A program made the translations under genes and the position numbers. Below are positions 1 to 11,309 of a stretch of 64,000 nucleotides of DNA, one piece after another; the stretch's first letter is position 1, and the number at the start of each line of letters is the position of its first letter. This stretch comes from Bilabrum cf. latius. Taxonomy: Eukaryota. The notes beneath the pieces are model-generated. The model was given only the letters and a program-made list of their open reading frames with translations, was not told where the DNA came from and searched no databases. The DNA lies in NCBI GenBank assembly GCA_965178125.1, contig OZ237761.1:62001-126000 (forward strand). Direction: 5' to 3'.

Positions 1-3000
1 CGATTGAGGCCTCAAGGGTTGCAGGGATAGAATGCAGTCCAGAGCCCGGAGCAATGAGTCCAAGGATTCCGGTGTCTCCGAACCTGCTCTTTTGCTCGAA
101 TTTCCCGTTCTCCAGCGGCGTGCCAGAATACATGCTTGGCCACAAGTGTAACGCCTCACGGTCTTCCTCCTTCGGCGGAGCAGCATGGCACCGAAGTTTC
201 ACCATGGCAGCATCGATCAGTCGTAGCGCCTGCCCCAAGGGACCACTAGCGATCGGGTGTTCGTCATCCTCCGACCCCTCTACGAGCGGGGAGCCTTTTG
301 AAACGGGCCGAGTGTCCAAGTCCTTCTCCAAGTATCGGATCAGTCCAACGAGGCCAGCTCTCTGCGTCTCATGCATGACACACTGCCGGTACACAACATC
401 GTCCAACATGCGCCACAGTCGATATCCCAAGGCATCAGTCAGTTTTTGCTCAATGGTCGCTTTCGAGATGACGTCGATGATGGCAGAAATGAGACTGATG
501 ACGTTCTTGACCATGTCCACCAGCCCCTGCATGATTGCAATCGCATCCCCTACAATCGGCGCCGCTACGACTGCCGTGCCGACGGCAGCACTGATGTCTG
601 CAGCCAAGGCGGAGATCTGTGAGATCATCTGCTGAACGGCGACAATTCCGGCTTCTGGACAAGCAGTGACGACGTGGTAGACGGCTTGCTGTGCCATGGC
701 TCTAGCCATAGGCCCTACGGCATGGACGACAGGCATGATAGCCGGCTCCAGAATGTTCTTTTGCACAGACTTCAGAACGTCCTTTGTCACATCCTTGGCT
801 GCCTTCTTGACTTCTTTCTCGATCGCTTCTTTGATTTCCTTCTTCACCTTGTTAACGACGGGTTCGACCCCTTTCTTCACAGATGTAGTCGCTGCCTTGA
901 TGGCGCTGTACGTCTTGGTGACGGAGGCGATCTGGCTATCCACCATCAGCTTTGCTCTCGTCAGTTCATCGGCACCATCGCTGTAGGCGCCGTCCCTTTT
1001 CTCCCAAAACTGCAGGTGCTGCGACATCCGGACCAGGTCAGCATTGTCATTCCCCTTCTGAAACATGGCTTCGCCAGCGCTGCGGAGAGTCTCCGCTCCA
1101 AACTCACGGATTGCCTCTGCATCGCTCTCAGAGAGGCTTCCCTGTGCTTCGCTGGACAGAGCGGACTCGACCGATGACTCTGACGGTGACAAAACACTTA
1201 GCTGCTGCTGCAGATGGTTCAAACTGGCTGAAGCAGCCGCCGGCTTGCAGTACTTGAGCACGTCGAAACTAGGGATGGATCGCCCACTCTCAAAGAACAA
1301 AGGCAGAAGGTTGACACGATCGGGCACCCACTTCTTCAAGCTTTCGGTCTCTTTGAAGCCGTCGTCAAATAGCTCCTCCCACTGGACCTCGAACAGTTTT
1401 TGGACATTCAAATTCCCGAGGTCCAGCTGTCTGCGGAAAGGGCTCGTGTGGTCCACCGGCTTCGTTTTCTTCTCATACTCGTTCGTCGCTAGATCGCCGC
1501 ACCAGTCCACGTATGCCTGCGAGAGCCTCGTCACGGGAGCGTTCAAGACACCGCCACTCTCTGCCTCCTCGAGCAATGCCTCAGCAAAACCGGCTCGGCT
1601 GAACTCCGGGTACGAGAATTGCGCGTCTTCTGCCATCAGCTGGATTCCCGCGAAGAGGTTCGTGACCATGTCGATGGTGATTGCGAACTAGTTCACCGTG
1701 TATGTCTCAACACCCGTCCAGAACTTCTTGCCCTTCGCGACCACGTCATGGATGGCACGCTTCGTCCATGAGCCTTTGCCTGTGGCCTCCCAGCCCTCCA
1801 CCTCGATACTTGGGGTTCGAAGCTTGTCGTAGCTCCCCCCCACGTAGAAGTCGAGCTCGCGCTTGTCGTCCTCGAAGTAAGATATCCTCTTGCTTTCGCG
1901 AAACTCGCCGTGTCCTTCGAAAATCTTGCGTAGCTTCTTGGTCGCACCAGTGCTGAGCAGGATTGGATTGGTCTCGATGTGCCGAACGGCCAGCCTCGCC
2001 TTGGCGGCATTCAGCCGCTTCTGCACGAAGCCCGCAGGACGAACGATGAGACCTGCCTTTGCAAGGACTTGCTGCGTGATGCGGTGTCCTCTGGTCTTCT
2101 GGAAGAACTGGATCAGTGACGCTCGGCCAGAGCCCCTGGCACCCCCCGTGCTAGCGTCGTAAGCTCTGATGAAGGCCACCAGGGCCTGCTTGACCTCTTG
2201 TGCGCGTATTTCGGCGTTGGTAAGCTTGTGGTTTGATTCCTTATCCGGCATAGACTCGAAGAGGGCCATGTGATGGCTTGCACCGCTCTTTGCGACCTCT
2301 TCCTTCACGAGGCTGTCGACTGCATCTTCATCTGCCCTTGCAAGCCGCGTTGTGCGCTTCGTAACTTGTTTGGCAGCCGAACTGATCGTATCGAGGACAA
2401 ACTAGACGGCAGCGTCAGCCTTCTGATCCAGTCTGGGTTCTTCAGGAGGCATGACGCCGTCGGCACACACGGCTGAAAGCACTGCTGCCTCGCGGTTGCT
2501 TTCGCTCTGATCGGACCATACCTTGTCCCGAAGATGCTTCTCCAAGGATGTACACAGCCTTTGCAATGTCTCCTGCGGGGCCATAGTTGACAGACCAACG
2601 AGAAAGAGGCTACTGTGGCAGCATTGACGTTTGGCATCACGAATACGACCCAAATTCTCACTGATACGGGCTTTGAGTACTCCATCATGTTCTTGGATAT
2701 CTGTCCAAACCTCCAGAACCCCAACATCCGGACAGCAGTCTGCTAGATGAAAAGAAACAAGACACTACGGGTTAGGATCTTGTGAGGAGCTTCGTGCAGA
2801 TCCTTTGTCCCAGTGTCGCATCATACTCACGTGACCAATCTGAATTATGGTTCCAACTGCTTTCATGAGAGCGGTCGTGACTTTGAGCCCGATGTTGATC
2901 CCTGTGATCGAGTACTTCACGACTTGAAGGACTGTCTCTACAGTTGCTAAGGCCGGCTCTCTTGCCTCAGTCTGGACCTGAAGAAGGGTATTGTTGGTGC

Positions 3001-3187
3001 GATTAGGCTCCATAGGATACATATTAGCCGTCCTACCAACATGATCAGTTCTTGTAGGAGCAGGAGCCGACTGCTTCGAAAAGCTGGCAATCGGCTAGGG
3101 TGCCCCTGCCAGCTGCGTATTCCCTGACGTTGAGCACATCAAGACCGCTGCTAGAGCAACTGAGATTTTAGCGTACATTGAGACCAT
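1..3187 (-). CDS. Large secreted hypothetical protein (>1050 aa, 3' end runs off the window); 4 in-frame TAG
   Basis: ATG at 3187 or 3178 is followed by a signal-like MYAKISVALAAVLMCSTSG. ORF pieces 2765-3022, 2402-2653 and 1688-2308, plus an open frame from 1687 to 1, are all in one frame, separated only by TAG (3095, 2765, 2402, 1688). No domain recognised. Confidence 0.75.
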
Positions 3188-3979
3188 CTTGTTGACGACC
3201 TCTTGGGGAAGAGTGGGATAGTCGTTTATGACTGCCTGCGTCAAGCCAGTCTGACTGTTCGTTCCAGAAATGCCTCACAATGCCGGCTCTCGATCGGAGC
3301 TACTGGAAGACTACTCCACTCACTGCAACTGCTTGGTCGCTGAACCTCCGTCGACTGATTTCCGAATCCTTTAAAGCGAAAGGTCAAATAAAGCGTGTCT
3401 GAGCTCACTAGGACCACGCGAGTCTCAGCCAAACGACCACGGGGGTGAATCCTCGCAAGAGGACATGTCACATGGGGCATTCGGACAGCCTGCCAACAAG
3501 GCAGCTGTGGGCAGGAGGGCAGCGAAGGGTGTGTGGCTTGGTTTTGGAAAGTATATCGCGATCACTGCGCAACAATAGCATGTGCGTTAACTCCCACCAG
3601 CCAGAGCTTCGCCCTTGTGAATGCTCCACTCTCCTTCTCTACGGCGCTAGTCGTACCCTCTCATGGGCACTCCGGTCTACCGCGCTACTTGCGGCCACTA
3701 GCACCACTGGCACCACTGGTACTCCAGCCCGGCAGCCTCTCGCCTCTAGACCTTCACCTCAAAAGCTGCAGACCCGTCAGCACGACAGCCATGGCAATTT
3801 TGATTCCGAATACAACACAGCCTCAGCACTGCCAGTGGCCCGCTGCATCCACGGGGGGGCAGCCCATGGGCGCCCTGGGGTGCGCCTTGCTTTTCAACTA
3901 TACCTATCTGGCCCACCCAATCATTCACGATCCCTCAACCATCCTTACACCCCTCTTCCCCCCTTCGAGGCACGCAGGA

Positions 3980-6900
3980 TCAGCCCAGTCTGCCAACCAG
4001 CTTCAGTTCCCCGCTCGAAGCCCTTAGGATCAACCTCGTCAACTCCTCGCCCAGCCTGCTCCCCGGCATCTGCAGCCTCCTGCGGAAATCGAAGTGCCAT
4101 GCTTGCAGCTCCGATTGCAGAACGACCTTCCTCTTCAGCATCTGCACGTCCACTGGGTCCAGCACCGCAAGTAGCTCACGCGGGATCCACCGGAGTCTGG
4201 CACGGTCGGCAGGAGACAGGTGCGCTGCACCACCCGCGGCATCCTGGCGCGATTTGGGGTGAGTTTGGGAATCAGACGCTTCAGGCCATACGTACGCATA
4301 CGACCCAGTGCCTGATGCCTCCCCGAGAGGTGATCCGAATCCATCTTCACCATCCATCCGCGGCACCGCTCTGCCTGTGCCACCGGCGCCGCCCCGCTCC
4401 GTCCGGGCACGCTTGGAGGGCGGTAAGCTGGACATGACTGAGCCGGACATCTCGCTGATCTCGTCCAGATCCCAAATCCGACCTGCAGCCGTACCATGGC
4501 CTGGATCATCGGAACGCCTGACGCTGCCGAAGCGGTGCTCCATAGGCATGGGCTGCAGCGTGCTCATGCCGTGGCCTGCGCCAGCTCCAGCTGCATGAGA
4601 GCTGCTGCTGCTGCTGCTGTTGCCAGCACCAATCATTGCACTGCTTGACGATGACGAGACACCTACTACAGCGCCGGCTCCATACGCCGATCCACCACTG
4701 CTAGCACCTGCACCGTGTGCACCCGGCATCCCCTCCTCGATCATGGCCTGCTGACCACTTGCATACCCCGGACTCAGGAATCGCGATGACCCCGAATATG
4801 GCAGGCCCAAGGACGGTGCCTCCACGTATGTATGTGTGCTTCCCCGCGGCGGGTCCATCCTGTGTGTGTCTGCTGCTGAAATGGGACGGGTGAGTGCCAC
4901 CTCACCCGGCTCGAATCCACCCCACGATCGGGACTGCTTCGACTCGCCGGCGCCAGCATCGAAACCCGCAGAGGGAGAGCCGAGCATCATGGGCTGCATC
5001 CCATGTGACGCAAGAGAGGACGCATCGTCATTGCCGGCGCCTTTGCCGGCACCATCATCGAGTACCGAGCCGGTTCCCAAGGAGCCAAGCGCCAAGCTCT
5101 AAGGGCTGCCTAGGGCGAATCGCCCGGCGCGGTCGGTGCCCTCCCCTGCTGGCATGTGCAAGTTGCTACCAGCAGATCCGGCACTGGGGCTTCCACTGGC
5201 CGGAGTCTGCATCCAATCGTGGCCTGGACCTGGACGAGCTGCGGTGGAACTACCGGCTTGCAATACTCCAGACGCAGCACTTCCAGGTCGGCTGCTGGTC
5301 GAGGTGGCAAGCATCGCGGAAGCCCTGCCGCGTGGCAAGCTGGACGCATCGTCGGCGATGTTGCCTTGGTCAGTGGCCGCTGATGCGCCAGAGGATCCTT
5401 GTCCTGATGATGACGAAGGGTCATTTGACTGTACGCCATCCATAGGGACCGATGCACCCGACGACTCCTGTCCAGAGGAAGGGTGACTCGGATTGTGACC
5501 CAACATTGCCTGTTGGCTGGACAGTGGACCTGCTTCTGAGTGCTGAACAGATGGCTATCCAAAGCCAGATGCCAGAGGCTGTACGGATCCGTCACTACCT
5601 AAAGCTGGCGGTTTTGTTACGCGACTATACCAAGTTTGTCTGGTCGAAAAAGGTTGAGCGGGTCCCTACTTCTGCTTCGCTTCAATGGTTTCTGCGGCGG
5701 CCCAGCACCATGGCAGGTAAGGCCCTTGGGTCCGTTGGTCAGCAAGGCCACGGAACTCCCCGAGATGCTCCTCTTTACTCGGCAAACTCTCCCAGTTCTT
5801 GAACTGCCCGCACAGCGCCCTCGGTACAGTGCCTACCCAGTCGGAAACAAGCTCAATTTCAACGTAGAAGAGCACCGAAGCAAGACGGTTGGCCACAAAG
5901 TCACCCGGTGGCACTTTCTCCTATTCAAATTGCGGGGAGACTCGGGGTTCGCATTGTTCGATGCCTGTAATTTGCGACTCAGATGAGAAGGATCCTGACC
6001 CTGTTCCTGTTTTCAATCGTGCACCCATTGCCATTCCGCCCGATGCCGGCCCAGAGTTACTGCTCGCCTTCGATGCACCAGCAGATGCGTGGTGCTGAGC
6101 CTGAGCCTGCGCGAGTCTCTCACCGACGATCGCAACCGCTTTGCGTGCCGCACTGGTGTAGGATTCGCCCTGTTCCTCCACCAATCCGACAAACTCCATG
6201 GCCTCCTGCTTTGCCTTCTCAGACACGAAGAAATGCCTGCACATCTGAGCAGGCAGCGTGAACGTCCTTCGCCTGCCGATGATAGCTCCCAGCTGGCTGG
6301 CGGACTGCAGCATGGCGCTGATCGGGTCTGTCTCCATCGGCTGGTCGGCCGTGCCCATGTACGCCACCGCCACCTCCTCCTCCCCGCACACCATGCCGAG
6401 AGTTGCCGCGTTCACGAATAGCTGCATCGGCTGCAGAGTGAGCATATTGTAGGTTTGCCGCATCACTAGGATGGGGGACCGGCTCAGCTGGTCGAACATG
6501 AAGGCGTCGTGCGCCTGAATCTGGTAGGCATTCTGCAGCTGGAGCGCTTGGGGGGGGTAGCACAGGCCGAGCGCCATTCGGCAGCAGCACCCCGTTCGCA
6601 GCCGACTCGATGGCCGGTGGCACGAAAACGGTGCGGTTGTAGTCCTGGCCAAGCAAAGCTTGCAGTCCTGGGTGCGTGGGGTCCTGCCGCACCGTCATTA
6701 GGAGACCGCCCCTGCTGTCGATCTGCATCGTCAGCATCGGCTGGGGCATGGATAGTGCAGGTCCAAGCGCCATTAACTGACGGATCTTCAGCTGCTGCTC
6801 CGCGTACGAGTCAGAGGAGGACATTCCGGGCAGTCTAGGCCGCGATCGAAATTTTTTTCTACGGGCAGCTTGATACGGGCCACCGCCCGCAATGTTAAGC

Positions 6901-7391
6901 GGTCTAGCATATTCACGAGTATGATTGATTGCATCACCTCTGACCGTTTTCTCCTTTGTATCCAACGGCGTACTGAGCCTGAACTCTGTGCTGTCTTCTG
7001 ACGTTGTGGGATCCGATGGGGCGTGATCTGCGCTGTCGCTGGACGCCGCATTCAGAGACTCGCGCGCACCTTTGGATAGATTATTCGTGAATACAACCGT
7101 TTTATCGGACTTCCCGTGCACGGACACCACGATGGAGGATGAGGCTTGACCACTCACAGCAGCTTTAACCTTACGAGAGGCTTTGCTCCTGCCGTCCAAC
7201 ACCTCGACACACGGAATCCCGCGCTTTACACACCGGGGACATGGTCTCTCAGCCCAGCAAGAACGCTTGGCTCTCTTGCAAGCTAGACAGGCCGAAACTG
7301 TGCTTTTCCTAGCAACCTTGGGTTGTTGCTTCGTTGGGTCGCTCGAATCTGGACCGGCCCTCTTGGAGCCCGCCTCACGCTTCCGCTTCAT
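3980..7391 (-). CDS. Zn(II)2Cys6 binuclear-cluster transcription factor-like protein, paralog A (about 1136 aa); 4 TAG and one apparent +1 homopolymer frameshift
   Basis: N-terminal ACLACKRAKRSCWAERPCPRCVKRGIPC motif. Pieces 5921-6652, 5666-5914, 5099-5506 and 3980-5095 share a frame and are joined by TAG. The G8 run at 6550-6557 has one extra base relative to paralog B. Ends TGA. Confidence 0.8.
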
Positions 7392-7601
7392 GGATGATAT
7401 CAATCTGTGATTTCTGTATTATGGGCTTGAAGAATCAAGTGGGTTGCTCCTGTGTTCCACACTCTTGCAAAGCGAGTCTGGACGCCTCGTCGCGTTTCCC
7501 GGAACGTTCCTTTCCCCCTGTTGTGGTCGTGTGCACTGCCTGAGTAGACTCTAGTCAATTACCCAACTAGAATATATTCCCATACTTGCATGAATTGAGA
7601 G

Positions 7602-10600
7602 ATGAAGCGTGGCCGGCCCAACCGTGCCTACACCGGTGGAGCGACTATGACAACGAAGCAACCTCCATCACGAAAGGGCCATATTTCGGCCTGCCTGGCC
7701 TGCAAGAGAGCAAAACGTTCTTGCTAGGATGCTCGACCTTGTCCACGCTGCATGCGACTTGGAATCCCGTGCGTCGACGTGTTGGATCGCAGGAGCAAAG
7801 CGTTTCGGAAGATACAATCCAGCGGCGGTAGCGGCGATACCTCCTCTGCTGTAGTGCTATCTGTGCACGGTAAACTTGATTCAAAAGCCGCATCAAATCG
7901 TTCTTATTTGTCGATTGGAGCTCGGGAGTCTCTAATTGCTGCGGCTATCAACGGTTCGGATCATGTTGCGTAGGAGCCGACATCGTCAGAGGACTCTGCT
8001 CGGTGTGGGCACAGCGAGCTATCAGAAAAGTGGGGTCCCTCGGCGCAGGCAGCACCCGTATCAATGCAAGCAGTGCTAGTTCCAAATGGCTCTGCGGCTG
8101 CTAGTCCACCGCAATCTACCGGCCAGGAACTTGTACGATCCGGCGCTGCAAATGCCATCCAAGCCCTGGCCCCTGCCTTCTCGCCGCGTCAGCTGGGCGC
8201 TCGTCAGATCATGTCCATCCGCCCCCCGCGCCCATTGTCTCAACCCATGCTCACAGTGCAACAGGACAGTCGCGGGGGCGTGCTGCTGACGGTGAGGCAG
8301 GATCCGGTCCACCCCGGTGTCGCTGCCCTCTTCGGGCAGGAGTACAATCGGTCCTTCTTCGTGCCTCCAGCCATCGAGGCGGCGGCAAACGGGGTGCTGC
8401 TTCCCGGTGGCTCTCACCCTATACTACCTCCGCACGCCTAGCAGCTGCATTATGCGTACCAAATGCAATCGCATGATGCTCATGTAGTGGAGCAGCTCAG
8501 CCGGTCTCCTCTGCCGGTAGTGCGATACACCCAGAACCTGCTCACCTTGCAGCCAATGCAGGCTTTCATGAACGCAGCCACGCTTCAGATGGTGTGCGGG
8601 GAGCCAGGGGTGGAAAAGGCATACCTCGGCAACGTGCGGCAGATGATGGACATGGGGCCGGTCAGCTCATTCACTCTCTCCGCCAACCAGCTGGGAGCCC
8701 TCATGGGCAGGCACAGGGTTTGCAAGGTGCCAGGTCACATGTGCAGGCATTTTTTTTGTGTCTGAGACGGCCAAGAAGGAGGCCATGGAGTTCGTCAGAC
8801 TGGTTGAATAGGAGGGAGAATCGCCTGGGAGGGCTGCCCTGCTGGCTGTGTAGGGAGGCGAGGAGGCGATAGCTGCGGCTGATAGAGGCAGCAGTGGTTT
8901 GGCGGGGCGTGGGGGCTGCAGCGTGGCGCAGCAATTCGATTTAGCCACACCAACGACAGGGAGCATGGACAGTCCTGCTCCGAAACAGGGCCAGTGTTAG
9001 GAGTCGGCAGGAGTCAGCGGTGCCAACGCCTTCGGGCCAGCCGGCTCATATGCAGCACAGCCGGACGAATGGGAAATACCCAAGTTCCTGGCCGAGCGGG
9101 TCGCCTCAATTCCATTCAATTAGGAGATTACGGTGACCGTGGACTGGGTGGGTACCGCACCTCGAGCGCAGTGCGGCCACATCACGCACTGCGACCCGTT
9201 TCCCCGCAAAGAGGACTATGAGGCTGAGTTCAGGGCGCTGGTGGACAGGACACAAGAGGGACCCTTCCTGCCGTGGTGCAGGTGGGATCGATCCAGAGGT
9301 AGGAAACGAGGAAGGGGAAGCGGAAGGGAAAGAGATGGTGGGGATTGCGTTGGCATCACAGCTCCGACAGGCGTGGCATCAGCGCCGTCATCGAACCCAC
9401 TGGTGCCTCGAACACAAGCAGAAGCCGGACGCCGTACCATTCGTGCCGGATTCTAGACCAATGACAGGTCCTACGAAGCCAACGCACATGTAGGGCAAGG
9501 GCAGCTATCAGCGGCCATTCGTACACACGTGTATGCTGGCACCGAGCCAGCCTTTGGTGCCTATACATGTTTAAGCGCGGCAGGCGAGTCTCTGCGGAGC
9601 TGGGGCGAGTCGGACAGCACCGACGGGCAGGGCGTGCTCTTGTCTCCTCCAAGGGACCAGCTGAGTCCGCGTGCTGCCTCCCCTAGTGGCAGCCTGGGGT
9701 TGGAGAGCGAAGCACATTTCGGCGCAGGATCGGTCTAGGGCAGTCCTCGCGAACAAGACTCGGTTCCAGGCAGTCCCATCATCTGGGGGCGCGGTTCCCC
9801 GGGCAGATCAGAAGGTTTTGATGCTAGTGGAGGCCCTGTCTTTAGCCCAAGCGCGATGGAACCGTCTATGGTGGGGTCGTTCTCGGGGTAGGTGGGCAGC
9901 ATTGGGGGTGGCACGCCACCGTCCTGGGGAGGACTCGAGCCGGGCCAGGTCACGCTGACGAGGCCAATGACACCAGCAGATGCCCACAGGGAGGACAGAC
10001 CGATGGGTAGTGCAATTACGTATGTGGAGACCGCTTCGAACGGGTTGCCGTTCTCCGGCAGCATGCGGTTCCTGGGGGAGAGCCACCCACTCGATTCAGC
10101 TGTCTATGCCACTGCAGGTCGCGGAGCTCCGATCGGCAAGGGGGGCATTGAGGCTCGGGGAGGTGTTGAAACAACAAACAATAGTAGCACGAGCGGCAAC
10201 GGTGGCGCCGCAAATCTCGCAGGCGTGGGTGCGGGCTTGCTAAATCATGACCCAGTCACGTATGACGCAGTTGGAGGCTTGGGCACAGCAAAGAGTCGGC
10301 AGGGCAGTGCCAGCGGGAGCGAGACAGGCAATCAGTGGCAAGGCAGTGATTTGGGTGATTCCATGAGCGTGATCTCTGGCGTGTCGAGCCTACCCCCTCC
10401 CAAGCGAGCGCGAAAGGAGGCTGTGAACGGTGGAACAGCGCAGTCCAACGGCCGCCCCATGCCAGCGGAACATGATGTGGCATCTACAGCGGGCCCAAAA
10501 AGTCGTACGAGGCCTAGTGGTAGGGGCGGCAGAGCTGAGGCTAGCAGTAGCAATGTGCATGAAGCTACATACTTGGTGCCTGCTACAGGGGATCACTCAA

Positions 10601-10902
10601 TGGCTGCTTCAAGTCTCGCAGCAACTGGTGGGTCCGATTGTGCAGGCGCTGCATCGGGGCCAGAGAAGCGAGTGCCTAAGGTGGCGGTTCCGGGACTGAG
10701 CCCAGAGCTGCTGGCAGTGCTGGACCCTGTTGATATACACATGATGGAGAGACGGGTGATACTGCAGTCAGAGCTGCAAGCATGGCACTTCGATTTCCGC
10801 AGGAGGCTGCAGATGCCGGGGAGCAGGCTGGGTGAGGAGCTGACGAGGTTGATCCTGAGTGCCTCGAGGGGGGAACTGAGGCTGGCTGGCAGACTGGGCT
10901 GA
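7602..10902 (+). CDS. Zn(II)2Cys6 transcription factor-like protein, paralog B (about 1099 aa); 10 TAG and one apparent +1 homopolymer frameshift
   Basis: ATG at 7602; ACLACKRAKRSC*DARPCPRCMRLGIPC with TAG (7725) inside the zinc cluster. Colinear similarity to paralog A throughout. The T run at 8750-8757 has one extra base. Ends TGA after GRLG, as in paralog A. Confidence 0.8.
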
Positions 10903-11309
10903 GGTTGAAATGGATGAATCATTGCACAGTTTGAATTGATTATCCTGTTATGTTTTCCTCATCCGTGGGGTCCCACAGGCAGGAGGGGGGGGGGGTGTCG
11001 GGGTGGTTGTGGTTTTGATCTTCTTCTTGAAAGTTCAACACGCGACGACCCTCGGCCCTCTTCGGTCACTTCGCGCACGTTTCGCAGGCCTTGTGTCACC
11101 ACTTTACTGAGAAACCGTAACCACTGCATGCTCCGCGTTCACAATATTTTCCGAAGTTCCCTAATCCCTGGTGAAATTGACGGCACCTGTCTGTGTACTA
11201 CTGACGGCACCGCACCGCACCACGGGTCCAAACCACACGCTATCTCCGAATCGCTCCACGCTGCACAGACCCCAGCCGTGTGGCACATACAGATTCCCAA
11301 AGGACGCCA

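Noticed and set aside
7725-7727. UAG=Trp or pyrrolysine (this TAG aligns with Trp in paralog A)
   Set aside because: It is a single variable position in the zinc-cluster loop. TAG use is general rather than site-specific, and no pyl genes are present.
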